From assembly GCA_030704615.1 (NCBI GenBank), contig CM060732.1, forward strand, positions 52,948,001 to 53,012,000: DNA of 64,000 nt, given 5' to 3'. This document shows, one piece after another, positions 1 to 12,440 of this stretch; within the stretch, counting starts at the first letter, position 1, and each line of letters opens with the position of its first letter. The DNA is from Takakia lepidozioides. Its lineage: Eukaryota; Plantae; Bryophyta. The position numbers were made by a program, and so were the translations under genes. Under the pieces are notes generated by a model. That model saw only the letters and a program-made list of their open reading frames with translations. It was not told the origin of the DNA and ran no database searches.

Positions 1-86
1 GGCCAACATCAAGGAATATGAACCAGTATTGATGCTAGCATCAAAGAGCTTTAACAGGCAGCCCAATTTAGAGAACCAAATGGAGC

Positions 87-2979
87 TTAAGGCACAGACA
101 GCGCCTCATCATAAAATGTTCGAAATCTCAACCCCGAGCCAAGGTGGCTTGTTGCTGTTGGACAGAACCAGTAAGCAACACTTCGTCCCAAAGACTGCAA
201 GAAGCAGACAGGTGAACAGATCAGGTTCTGAAACCATCAACCACACTATCTTTACTGTTTCGAATATGCATGGTGAGCAAACATCTCAGAACAAACCCAA
301 AATTTTACTGACTATGATGTTCACAGAGCATCTAATTGTAGTGGAAATATGCTACACTGAAAATCATAGGATGGTCCACACCTGCACTATTTTCAAATCA
401 ACAAACTGCACCTAGTACTAGCTGGATAGAAAAGCCACATGCAGATCTGAAGCGATCATGACATGGTTAGACAACACACTGAGGCAGTTGGCCACATATA
501 TATCCAGCCTCGCATTCCCCTGGAGGTTCAATGGGCTGAGGAGCACCACACAAATCGAATGGGAATCATAATTTATTTGCACAATCACTCTCTTTGGGGT
601 GCTTTCAATGCCACTAAGGGGTTTTTGCATTGGCCTACCACCCCCACCCCCAATGCTCACTACGGTGGAATTGCTGTAACCAGCATATATATGCAGCAAA
701 CATGAACGGGAAGGCCACTACCTACCGTAACCAAGTTGTCAAACACCCCAACATCGTATGGATGTCGATACAGCTGGCCTGCCTTCTCTGCAAGCCAACG
801 GGCCCTGACACCCTCATGATACTGCATGTTCCAACCCACCAAAGGACTGCTCTTAAAAGCCATGCCATGCATCCACAGGACCATGAAGTAGGTACGGCCA
901 AACTACATACTAACATAACAGGCAAAGAACCTAGAGCAGCAACCAATGGCATTGAAAGGCAGGAAGGAGCACCTCAATGGTGGTCTTGTTGTGCAGCAGC
1001 AGAAACACATGCCATGCCAGTAGCACACCCACAGCCACAAACACTGGCACTAAAAGAATTGCACAGAGCACCTGCCCACATACATCGAACTCAATAACCT
1101 TGTTTTATTTGCATATCAACTGAAGCAACACATGAAACTTCTCTTAAAAAGTCTGGCATTGATTTTGTTGGTGAAGGTGGCGAAATATTGACCTGCAATG
1201 GCAGTTATGGTATTGAGTATGACATTTCATGGATCATCCCAACAAACACAAAAAAACCCACAATTACAGTAAGTTTGCCTCCACCTGAAGATGGAGGTTA
1301 TGTAGCAAAAGGGCCAGAAAGAGCACCTTGATAACTGATGTAATGGCATCTGAGCTGCTCACAGGTGGAGCCTCCTGACCTAAGTGGTTTGACACCTCGT
1401 CTCCCAGCTCGTGCATAGTGTGACCTCCTATCAGCACCTTCACCCCAGAGCTCCAATTAAATCGGAAAATTTCGGCAGGAGCATCAAACACTGCGCACGT
1501 TCGGCCAGACTGGAGCTTGGTGCAACAAAGGAATTTGACAGTGACCTACTAATAAGTTGGGTGGAGGAATAACCAAGGATTGGAAACATGCAGCCACAAC
1601 ATAGAGCAGAAACAGAAAGAATGCTTTATAGTTGTTGTGACCCACGCAATTGTTGATCCACATACAATGATGGTCCTGCAACACAACAGCACTGTTCTTG
1701 GTGAGGATCATCCACCTCCACCCACACATGCTGTATTTTGACTCTATTTCACCCTCCACACCTTGCCATTCAGCACTTCTTATGAAGATAAATACCACAA
1801 GGAAATGTGCTCATTGGATTCTCCCCACACTACCCCACCCCACCTTCCCGCTTACCCCATGCAACCTTCTAGAAATCATGTCAAGGAGAACTACACTACT
1901 TCACGAGACAGAGCCGACGCCAACTTGTATTTCTCTCTTCCCCAAAAACCAAAGCCACAAAACAAAATATATTCAGGAGTCCAGTCATTGCTCCCTACAT
2001 CTCCACATTGTAGACAGCCATTCCACCTAGCCATTGACAAAGCTGCCACATCACTTATCACTGAGAGAACAGATTGAAGTGCAAGTACTGATCATGTATT
2101 CGACTTTCATGACAGGATGAAAAAAAATCAGTGGTCCGATGTGATTTCCCACGAGTTAGAACAACCAGGAAAAGTATTATATAGAAAACACAACATACCA
2201 TGCGTAGCACACAGCGTTTGCAGACACGACAGTGGTGGGCGCGAGGTGGCTTATAGTGCCCACACTTTTGACAGTACCTCATATCCCCACCCTGTTACAA
2301 AAATTCAACTTGTCCACATAAGCAGTAGCAGAAGAGGACAACCTTGTTTTACTGTCACTTGAGAATCTTTATAGAACTTCTGAAACTAACGGCTTTTCCA
2401 TAGCTATCTGATCCTTCTCAGTCCGCCCTATCATTTTCGCCTGAGCTCTAAGACTGAAGATAACTGATGATGAAAACTACCATCCTAATCACAGGTTCTC
2501 CCTCCTTTTACTCAGGTAACACAGGTATTGCCACACTTGCCCTTGACATATCTCTATAGTTGCTGCAGTCCAAACACAAAAGATTTAGCTCAGTTCCCAT
2601 TCCATGAACGAGAATTGTATGTCCCAGATAAACCCAAACTAACACTGAATTCTTAAGCAGATCCTTTGAACTTTCCTAACTAACAGAAACAAGGCCAAGG
2701 ACAGACCTTCCGCTTGACTTCATGGAGGGCAATCTGAGAATCCTCCAAATCAGGTAAATAGGATGAGGGAACATGGCCAGGATCCCGCACCACCGCTAAT
2801 GCATATGAGACCAAGGCCATAATTCCAAAAGCCGTCAAAAGAATCACATTTCCAAACCCAGGTGCTGTACTAAAATTCAGCCAGGGTTGTATTACCAAGA
2901 AGACAACAGTGTTATACACAAATGCTATTACTAGCAGTACCGTCACCACTGGAAGCGAGATAAATCTCCTGAGACCCAT
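87..2979 (-). CDS. DHHC-type protein S-acyltransferase (plant PAT15/PAT16-like), multi-exon
   Basis: Exons: 2979-2707 ([11 protein letters not shown]...[13 protein letters not shown]), ~2291-2198 ([27 protein letters not shown]), ~1675-1575 ([19 protein letters not shown]), ~1070-973 ([17 protein letters not shown]), ~822-725 (YHEGVRA...HPYDVG), 194-87 ([29 protein letters not shown]...*). GT-AG junctions are visible; the exon near 1330-1550 is uncertain. Confidence 0.93.
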
Positions 2980-4737
2980 TGCGCTTGTTTAGACCCAATT
3001 GTCCTGGCGCTGATAGTGAACCAAAATCAGACGTGTCCAACAATCCTACCGCGCAAGCATGTGGGATCAATTGTAAGAAGTCCAGAGTGACCAACTTGTC
3101 CGTACACCTACTTTTTCCCAAAACCTTGAGGACTGAAATGTCATCATGGCGCGTGGAGCTTGAAAGCATTGGAAAGCTTGCAAGGTCGTCGTTGTTACAG
3201 ATATTGATCCAGGTTCCGCCTATGAAGAGATACCTTGCCTACTTTTTTTTGCTTCCTGAACTGGCAGGCAGCAAAATAAGTACAGTGAATTTGAACATTA
3301 CCAATGAGGTAACTAGCAGTGGCCAGTCCTGCTACAACAATCGAGAGGAAATGACGGTAAACCCTAATCCAACACCATTCTGGGCAGCAGGCTTAAAAAA
3401 GATGAACGAAGTTGCCACTTGAAACACAAGATGCCAGAAGTTGCTTGTGATGAAGCTGGTCTCTACATAGTTTGAGAGCATCCTGTGTGCAATAGCAACC
3501 ATGTGTGTATCAGAAACTCAGATCTTCACAATGATTGGGCAATGATTGCATGTCGACAATCTCATGTATGTTGCAATTCTTACCACTCCCTTCACCTGCC
3601 CTAGTATCTGTGAGAATAGTCCACCATGAGTTGTTGACGTCAAGAAGTGATAAAATACGAAGGTGTATGTTCAGAAAGTAGGTGCATGAAACATGAATAT
3701 CGAGAGAAGACAACGCAGAAAACGAGATGGTGATTTCTTCTGATTTTGCAGGGGCTTTCAAGCTCAGAAAACCTCAATGTTGAACTCAAAAGTTTGATAT
3801 CTCAAATCCTGGCCAACTGAATTGAACACGCACCAATAACCTACAGCCTAGTTGAGCTCAGTTGCTTTCAACCCCGTGTAACAGTGCATTAATAAATCTT
3901 TGTAAGGACACAGCATCCGCAACCTAACGGTCCACATTAAGCTTCACGATTACGCGTCAGCCCTCCAGTTCCACTGAAAGTAGAACGAGGCTATTAAAAT
4001 TGACCCATGCCACTATTGCATCCACGCAATGCGTTCCGAATTGGAAACCTAGATGGCAGGACACAGAGCAATTGAGCTACCAACCAATGAGTGGTACAGG
4101 GCTTGAAAAAGGGGTCACCTGCCAGCATCCTTACAGAAATTTGGGCTTCCCACACAACGCATACGCATCCAGTCTGACAGTGAGCTTGACTTTTGCATAA
4201 AAAGCGACGATTGTCCATAAGATGCTTCTCCTCACTAAGCTCTCCCACAACACAGCACCTTCAACTGTCCGCCCCACTGATCAAGAGAGTTGGTAACCAA
4301 CAGAGACTTGAATGCCGAGTAAGGTATCCGTTGCATCAGCCACGATCAAGACAGAGCAGCGTGCCAGCCCACAGAATCCTCCGCCATCGCTTCACACGCT
4401 CGGCTCCAGGTGCCAACCCTTTCGCCTCCTCATCGAGGTGACGACACGCAATCGTCTGCTCAACTGGACAGAACCCCACACCCATCTTCATTCATCCACA
4501 CTCTTGTGAAGGCTCTTTCCCCCTCTCTCTTTCTCCCCTTATCTTTCTCTCTTCCCTTCTCTTTCCCTACCAGACCACACCACAGCATCCTATGGACACA
4601 AGGTCGCCCTCTCTACCTAAGCAAAATTACCACTAGGCCTGAAAATCTGAACGGACAGAGAGTGTGGATTCTAAGAACCTCATTGCAACTTTCAATAGAA
4701 GGGAGAAGTAGAAGTGGGTTTGGGGAAGAGGGAAAGG

Positions 4738-4862
4738 ATGGGTAGGACAAAGAGTTTCGGGAAGGGGAAAAAAGAATGGAGGGCAAACATTAGCACACAG
4801 GACGTTGATGAGTTTGTTGAGAAGGCGGCATTGGAGGCACGGAGTGGCGGAGCCTTGGATTT
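4738..4862 (+). pseudogene. NOP53: 5' fragment of ribosome biogenesis factor NOP53 (GLTSCR2/PICT1), truncated
   Basis: MGRTKSFGKGKKEWRANISTQDVDEFVEKAALEARSGGALD resembles the plant NOP53 N-terminus (..KGKKAWRANIS..D...F.EK....A.SGG). Similarity ends at ~4862. Confidence 0.7.
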
Positions 4863-5049
4863 GGTCACTACGTCATCTATGGCGCTATCTGGTCATCAAG
4901 CACCAAGGCGGACAGCTCTTGCAGGGGTTGATTCCACAGTAGGACACGAGACCTGTATACATACTGAAGCAGATGCGCAAGAAGCGGCCAGTTTACTTGT
5001 GCAAGGTGCGCAAACGCACGTCTTGTCAACCCTCAATGAGGTCCAGGGA

Positions 5050-5445
5050 GTCCCCCCACCTGTGCCGCTTTGTAGGATGAGGACTCTACCCGCTGTTCGA
5101 CTCCCTCAAAGGATCAGCATCACTCATCTCAAGGAGCATTTCCACAACGGCTACATAGACTCTTTGGGAGCATTCATGCTAGCTATCAAAGATGACAACT
5201 ATGCGGAAGAGGAAGTTACAGAGGAGATCAGGGCAGACTGGAATGAACACTAGAAGGCAGTCAACGATGCATTTGAGAGTGCAATTGTTGGATCGCAGTG
5301 GGCATTTCTATCCAACCACATGCTATACATTTATGATGGTAATCATCGCATATTGCTTGGACAGAATACATAAAAGGGCACCATGACAACGACCCAGATT
5401 GGCACATTAGTGTGCAAACAAGGATCTTGGATGTGCAAACCGGGG
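5050..5445 (+). pseudogene. ParB/Srx-like domain remnant (divergent copy of the transposon cargo gene)
   Basis: VPLCRM..LPAVR.P...DWNEH*KAVNDAFE...NHMLYIYDGNHR...WHISVQTRILD aligns by eye with 21261-21899 (IPLCRMISMPVVRPP...NHMFYVWDGNHR...VLDPG). An internal stop and a frameshift are present. Confidence 0.8.
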
Positions 5446-5599
5446 GATGCTAAACTAAGAGCGGGCTCACGTGAGCGGAAAGATTCTCATGGATGAGGAT
5501 GAATGTCACTGTAAGGGTCTACAACCGCGGATGAGAATACCATGCGAGACTTGTATCCGCGGGAAAGGCTGCATACAACGAGGCAGTATTTTGCAACAA

Positions 5600-5850
5600 T
5601 GTAGAGGAGACATTGGGCGCATGTGGATGGAACGAGGATGAATGTCGGATGGATGTTGGATGAATGTTGGATGTAAATTGGATGGCAGTTGGATGATAAA
5701 TGAATGAAAGGTGGATGAAAATTTGGTGGATGGTGTAAGATTGATGGATGATTATTGGATGAATTTTGGATGTTTTTTGGATGTAATCCGGCACACCGAT
5801 GGATTAATGAATGATGACATCATTGGATGAATGTTTCGCAAGAATATGGA
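5600..5850 (+). repeat. Degenerate (TGGATG/GGATGAATG)n subterminal tract
   Basis: Many TGGATG units; the reverse-complement CATTCATCC tract occurs at ~38700-38790 near the other end of element 1. Confidence 0.75.
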
Positions 5851-6004
5851 TGTTGAGTGCTTCTATTGTTGACGTCTATCGGATGGATTAATGAACATAC
5901 ATGAAGGAAGTTTTGAATATAAGTACAAGTCGAGAGGCACACGCATGATTGAAATCATAGAACTCGGTATTGCATTATCCATACAAAGTCTGAAAACATA
6001 TGGG

Positions 6005-9000
6005 TTATTTTGATTCCGGGGATCCACTGCCAGAGGACATTGCATTCGAAACCGAAGCACAACTATCAATAAACACCATAGCCCCGCTATGCACACGTCC
6101 CTTCCTGCCACAAACCAGACGAGGGAGAGATGCTTCGAGAGCAAATGATCTTGCTGCAGCCTCAACATAACATGGCAATTCAAGCATGGGGGGCGGACTT
6201 GGAAAGAAGTCCGGGTTCGCAAAGAAAGGGAGGAACCTTGGCGTTGTTGGGCTCCTGCAAAAAAAAATGCAAACATTCATGAGCTACCCAAACTCCGACG
6301 CCACAAAGGAATCCCATGTAAAGAAGAAAAAGCAGACGACTTACTCACAATCAAAATCGTCGTCAATTTCCATGTCATCGTGTTCCAACGACACTGCTAC
6401 GACCGTCGCATCTGTCTGTGTGCCTGAGGTTGAGCCCTCATGGAGGGGAGCTATCACCTCTTTGTACAATTCGGCATCCCCCTCAAAGGCGAACAGATGC
6501 CTTCCCGCTGTTTTGTAGGCATGGAACGATGCCCCTGCATGCAGAATCCACAAAATGAGCAAAGATAGGCGCACCTGTAATCTCAAACAACAACAATGAA
6601 GGCATATTGCGAGAGTGTGAAGGCCCGATCCTGTTCCAAGAGTGAGGTCAACAACTCGAGACCCTTCAACGCTGCAAGACTCGATGACTGTCTGCATGAA
6701 GGCAGGACTCTTCTCGCGTGCACCTCTCCATGGCTCTTCGGAAGTCCGCAGCACAGTAAGTGAGGTGTCCACGTAGTTGTAGATGAAATCATCATCCACC
6801 GGATCGCAAGACGAATCAATATGCGTTCCCCATTTCAAGACGGAGAACTCCTTCATGGATGACAGTGTTGATGGGTGGCGTTCTCTTACGAGACAGTGCG
6901 CGTCAAAAGCTCGTGTCTACGAAATCAAAACACAGGAGTCAGTGGAGTGAGCACCGAGGCAAGAGCAAGGGAATGAGCAGAGGACACCCTTGCACCATGC
7001 TTGCGTCAACGCAATGATGGAAGAGGAGATTGACACCGCAAGAGAAAAACAGAGCAATCCAAACACGGGAAACATTTCCACAAGATTGATTGTAATGGAG
7101 GATATGACATACCTTCTGGCTTGGGAAGTCCCCCTTTGTAAGTGGGAGACTGTTAACTCCATTCCAACTTTTAATCACCTTCATCCCACCAGACTTCAGG
7201 AAACTGGCCAGTAGATGTCTGCACTTTGCATTGGCTGCTTGGAGGATGAGCAAACACCCATTGTCAGTCAAGAAGTTCCCACAAAATTTGAAGACTCAAG
7301 GCCAGTAGCGCTCGTCCCATTCATCCCAGGACGGAGTGACACCATTCGGAGGAAGATCTGGGACTGGAAGCCCGTCTGGAATGTCCACAACAACGAGCTC
7401 GCAGGCAAAGGGTTTCTTCTCTCCGTTCACCCAGGATGGACCTTTCCCAGCCTTCACACAAAAAAAAACAATCCCACTTATAGGACCTGTGAACACACTG
7501 CAAAAACTAAATGACAAGGAGGGTGGAATGGAGAGGGAATTTACCAGAGTGAGGAATGAAGACAGTGTCTCCCAAGTCGGGGACTTCTCCTTCACTGTGC
7601 CGTCTTTCCTCCTTGATTCCATCATGTCCAAGAAGCTTTCGTTCACTGTCTTGTGTTGGAATCCTGTGGCCACACCTCTGCCAGGGTTAGGTAGGGCCTC
7701 GTATGGCCGATCTGACAGAGTTAGTTGTGACCCCCTCTGAACCCCTCCTGCCACAGCAGCCACTGCCTGGCTTTGTTCGCCCTCTTTCTTTTTATCCTTC
7801 TTCTTTCCACCCTTCTTTTTCGGGCTCGGATTCACAACCGGTTCCTTTGCTCTCAAAAGCCGGAGATCTCTCAACTGCATCTGCCTATCCGTAAGAGGAG
7901 CAAGAGCCTCGGCATTGTCATTCAAGTTCCGAAGGACGTTCTCCTCCCAGGGTGTGGATTGTTTGGGGCAATCATAGGTACCAGCCACAGTCTTTCAAAT
8001 GGGACCTGCAGAATTCCCACAGTGTACATAGTTGTGTCCGGATTTGCCTTTGCCCAACTGTCAATGAAGAATGGGTAGGCGCTTAGAAACCCCCCCTGGA
8101 AAAAGCACTCCGTGGATATATCTGCGGTGACAGCCAGAAAAGAAATCAACATAAGTACAAGACATACATGGTAGCAGGTACCAAACCTTCATTGTAACAA
8201 TTTACAAAACATAATATAAATACAGGCTACACTCATTCTTGCGTCAACGAAAGCCTAATCCCGGGTCAGGAACATGAGCCTTGACACCCAAGAAGTTGTT
8301 TTCCCTAGCACCTCAACAAAAGCGATGACTGCAAGAAAAATTACCTTTGATAGCTGTCATGAACCAGGCTTACATTAACGCAAGCCTGTTGTAGACCCGA
8401 AAAAAACACATCCCTCACAATCTTTAAGGGACCCTGAAACCACCAACCATGAACTTCGCAGCCTCACAACAGACCCCTATAACACACTCGGCTGGATTCA
8501 CCAAGCTCCATTCCAACCAAAATGAGGCTTGCGTCAACGCAAGCCTAATCCCTGCCCCAAGGTAACCGGAGACTGCAAGACATGATGAGCAGGGTCGGCA
8601 GGCTTGCATTAACGCAAGCCTCAATAGAGAGAGTTTCTGTCTATGAAAACAGCACTCCAAAATTTTAATGCATGAATAACAAACTTGTATATGACTCGCT
8701 TCATCGCCTGCTCGCCATTGTGCTGCACATTGAACAAGTTTGAGCAATTTATGCTACCTTCCACAGCAAATTCCCGGAAGAACACATGGTTCCAAACGAT
8801 CCCTTTCCACCTCCTTATCCAGGTCTCGAATGACTCTTCCGGTGTACCAACCACGATCTTGAAGTCTGTGAGTGATTTCTCCATAACCTCCTAAGCCCTC
8901 TCCTCCAACTGGAACGTGGAACACTCTGTTAGAAATCTACTGTATAGCTCAAACACACTGAGTCCAAGTAATGAAGAGCTGTATACATAAATTCTTACTT

Positions 9001-11109
9001 GTGCCCAGAATGTGGCTTTATGTAGCCAGATGTCCCACACTTGGTCACTAAAAGGGGTTACGACTTCAGTGGTGTTTCCTCTTGCCCATAGGAAAACTAT
9101 TTGCCTGGCGGAGAACAGACTCGGAGTTCCAAATCTGAAGCCAACGCACTTTTACTGCAGGCTCTACCATTGCCATAGCAAGCCGGTGCAGCTTCTCCTG
9201 TGTTATTTCAGGCTTCGTGTTCTTGCTCCAATGAATGCGGACTTCTTCCAGAAACTGTGAGCCAAGACCAGGATCAGCTATACGCAGTTGTTTGGTGAAC
9301 GCAGTCACCACCTTCCCTCGGAATTTGTTCATGTGGAAAGTCATTGTCGTCTCTATTCCGAAGGCAGTGCGTTCACTCTCTGGAGTCTTTCCGTAGTACT
9401 CCGCTTTCCCCCACTCACCCGCATCAACAATTTCTTGCTACCCAACACAAGGACAAGGTGAAAAGAGAGGTCAATCACCCAAATGTGTACTGGAAAACCT
9501 GAGCCCAAACTCCACAGTGAATCAGGCTTTTGTCAACGCAAACTTGACCAGATGTTATGGTATGAAAAGAAAACAACTCTCGAATGCAAGTCTTACCATG
9601 TACATGTACTCTAGGAACGCATCCCTGGTGAGTGTGTACCATGTCTCTGCCCTTTTGGAGGTCTCGCACTTCTCGAAGGCCTCAGGTGACAGAATAGTCT
9701 TGAAGCTGGACAGGGCATTCTTCCAAGCTTTTGCATCCTGAATAATGTGTGCACCAGGTTTGTTGTAACATGGGAAGACTCTGTCTGCCTGCACAATCAA
9801 ACCCAGTGTGAAAAAATGAAAGACAGGGTCTTCACAACAACGAGTGTAATGTGAATTTGTAGTAGAATCTGGTGAATGTATAGAGAACTCACTTGTTTAT
9901 ATCATGCATGGCTGTTAGCAGCTGGGTATAGTTCCCACTCGGATCCAAAACGCATGCCGCAACTGAGTAGTGCCAATCTTTCTCCTCTTGATGCATATTG
10001 TCGATGTACTCCATCCAAGCAAGCAGGCGGTGGTTCCCGTCCCAAACAAAGAACATCTTGTTACTGTAAACCTGCAACTCGGGACTCCTGAACAGAGACT
10101 ATTTGAACTCCAAATTCACTTCTTTCCACCAGTCATCCCACTTGCACATGATCTCCTCGTCAACCACTTTCTCGTTTCCATTGGAAACCTACTAAAACAT
10201 AAAACACTGGGGTTCCAAACACATACCCATGCACAAAATCTCCCTAGAGTTTCCCGATATCCCCTGTCAAGGCAGGACAAACAACGGGCATTGAAATCAT
10301 CCTGCAGAGGGGTATCATTAGGTTTGCCTCCATAACCATCATGGACCGGATTACTTGCCATGATTTCACCTTGGACCCCGACCTGATCTTGATGGCCATG
10401 CCCTTGTAATCCATATTAGTGTCATGCACTTCTGTCTGGACAGCTTGCGCCACTACAGGTTCTTTGCCCTTCCTCCTCCTCTTCTGCTCGACACAAGAAA
10501 CAGGTGAGAAACAGAAACAGTGAGAACTCTCATTCAAATATGGGTTACTTCCAGCCTCAGAAATCAGGCTTACGTCAACGCAAGCCTGATATGGAGGTCT
10601 TGCCAGCACCCATATGCAACACATTCCAAGAGTGGAAATCATGCAAATGGGGAAGAACCAATGTCTGAGTTCCATTCTTTCGTCAACGCAAGCATGTACC
10701 GACTTCTTAATATACTCTTCCATAGTGTTCCTCCTCTCTTACTCACACCTCATGAATCCCCATACAAGATCTGCCACTCACTTCTGCACCTCCACTTCAG
10801 GCTTGCGTCAACGCAAGCCTGGTTTGGAGGTCTGAAAACGTCATCGTTTCATTGTTTGGTCTGGGCTTCAGCATCTGCTGCGGCCGCCGTCTACGTTCCC
10901 TTATCCTCGCTCGCGTCCTCATTCTCGTCACCAGCCACAAAAACTAACTCTCCCTCTTCCCGATCTTCTCCTCTACTAAATGCCTCTGCCATTTTTTCGA
11001 ACTCTCGACCTAACCTCTTCCCCTTCATCCGCTCCTAAGCTTTCCTATGCTGTCTCTCAGTTGTGAAATACAAAGATTGCCTCCTTCTGCGACGCTTGAA
11101 CGCACTCAT
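6005..11109 (-). pseudogene. ParB/Srx-domain - beta-class amino-(N4C/N6A) DNA methyltransferase fusion gene, multi-exon, decayed (element 1)
   Basis: WDGNHR at 10027-10044; ELVVVDIPDG at ~7371-7400 followed by FCGNFLTDNGCLLIL; then WRGAREKSPAFMQTVIESCSVEGSRVVDLTLGTG/ASFHAYKTAGRHLFAFEGDAELY (motifs X-I-II). Catalytic-before-SAM-binding order is the beta class. GT-AG introns, stops and frameshifts are present. Confidence 0.82.
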
Positions 11110-11658
11110 GTCTGTGCTAAAGCCCTCCAACTTGCTCGCCACTCCGGACAGTTCGCCACTCTGAAATGGCGATTCTTTGCAAAAGGTGTACTTCAATCGG
11201 CTATTGGAATTTTGGGATGAATGAAAAACTCGCGCCCGCGCCTACTTTACATTGTCAACTTAGGGCACTGCTGGATTTTTTTTGTGCTCATCTTCATCTA
11301 CCCTGAAGGCTAGCGGAGGAAATGACATGCGTCCACAGGTGACCGGCCGAGTATCGCAGAAATCGGTGCTTTGGATACCTTCCCGGAGACGTCTTCAATA
11401 CAACGGTACTTTCCAACGATATGTACACGCCGATATTACAGTGGGCAAATTGACCATTGCAGCAAGGCCGATAGGTGCTCTGCAGGGCCCATGACTGGCA
11501 GTGCACACAACAATCCCTTTGAGACTTTCATGCATCAGTCGGTGCCGAGCCTCATCATCTTTGTCAGTACATTCCGCCAATCATTCAAGCAGATATTCCG
11601 TCCGTGTGGTTTCGTACTGTCTACTTTCGTACTCCACGGTTTTGCAGTGCACATATTC

Positions 11659-12385
11659 TGTCGCGGCCCTTCGCCTTGAGGGCAGGGGGTCGGGACACGA
11701 GAGGGGCTGCCCCTATGGTGGGGGCAGTGGCGACAATAGATGCGGGGGCTAAAGCACCCTTGAGTGCCCAAGACACTCAAGGAGGTGGAGGCGCTCAGTA
11801 GGTGGACCCCCGCACACCGGGTTGCGGTTGGGGGTGGTTCCACGAGGGGTGGTGGTAGCTTAGTGGGACTTAGTGGGGGTGGCATAGGACTCACCATGGG
11901 GACGGAGACCTTGTGGTGGGAGTCGTGGGGAGTCTTGGGACTCATCACGGTCCAATGGGACCGTGGTGAGTGGGCCAAGACTCACCGTGACTCATCACCA
12001 GGAATCGAGGGTTTTCGTGGTGGTTCGCCATAAAATGACATGGTTATTTGTGAAACCCCCACGGACAGTCACAGAAGTATATATAGGGAGTAGTAACCCC
12101 GAGAATGGTGCAAGCCCGTTGGTGACCAAAAACTAGTGAGTAAGCGTGCGAGCCGGAAAGCGACCAAGGTGTGGGGAGCTATTCCGGACTGCCATCGACC
12201 AAAGGGAATTTCCATTAGGCCCAAATTGGGAGAGGGTCTTGTGGAGCAGTAAAGGGGGACCGTTATGTCGCGGTGAGCAGCCGAAGCTCCGAGTTGGCCC
12301 GGCGGCCAGTTAGGGAGTTAGGCGCGCGCATCAGAGCGAGTAATTATGACTTGAAGGGGAGCTTACCGAAGTGAGGTGCGCGACA
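11659..12385 (+). repeat. 5' LTR (followed by tRNA-iMet PBS TGGTATCAGAGC at 12388-12399)
   Basis: TG...CA ends, TATATATA box at ~12079, canonical PBS. Confidence 0.95.
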
Positions 12386-12440
12386 CTTGGTATCAGAGCT
12401 TAGAGTTCAGTACGCGATCGTCCTTGGGATCGGCTTCATC

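Noticed and set aside
4868-4873. CACTA terminus at the NOP53 breakpoint (also CACTAC at 41367)
   Set aside because: No matching TAGTG end, 3-bp TSD or CACTA transposase was found.
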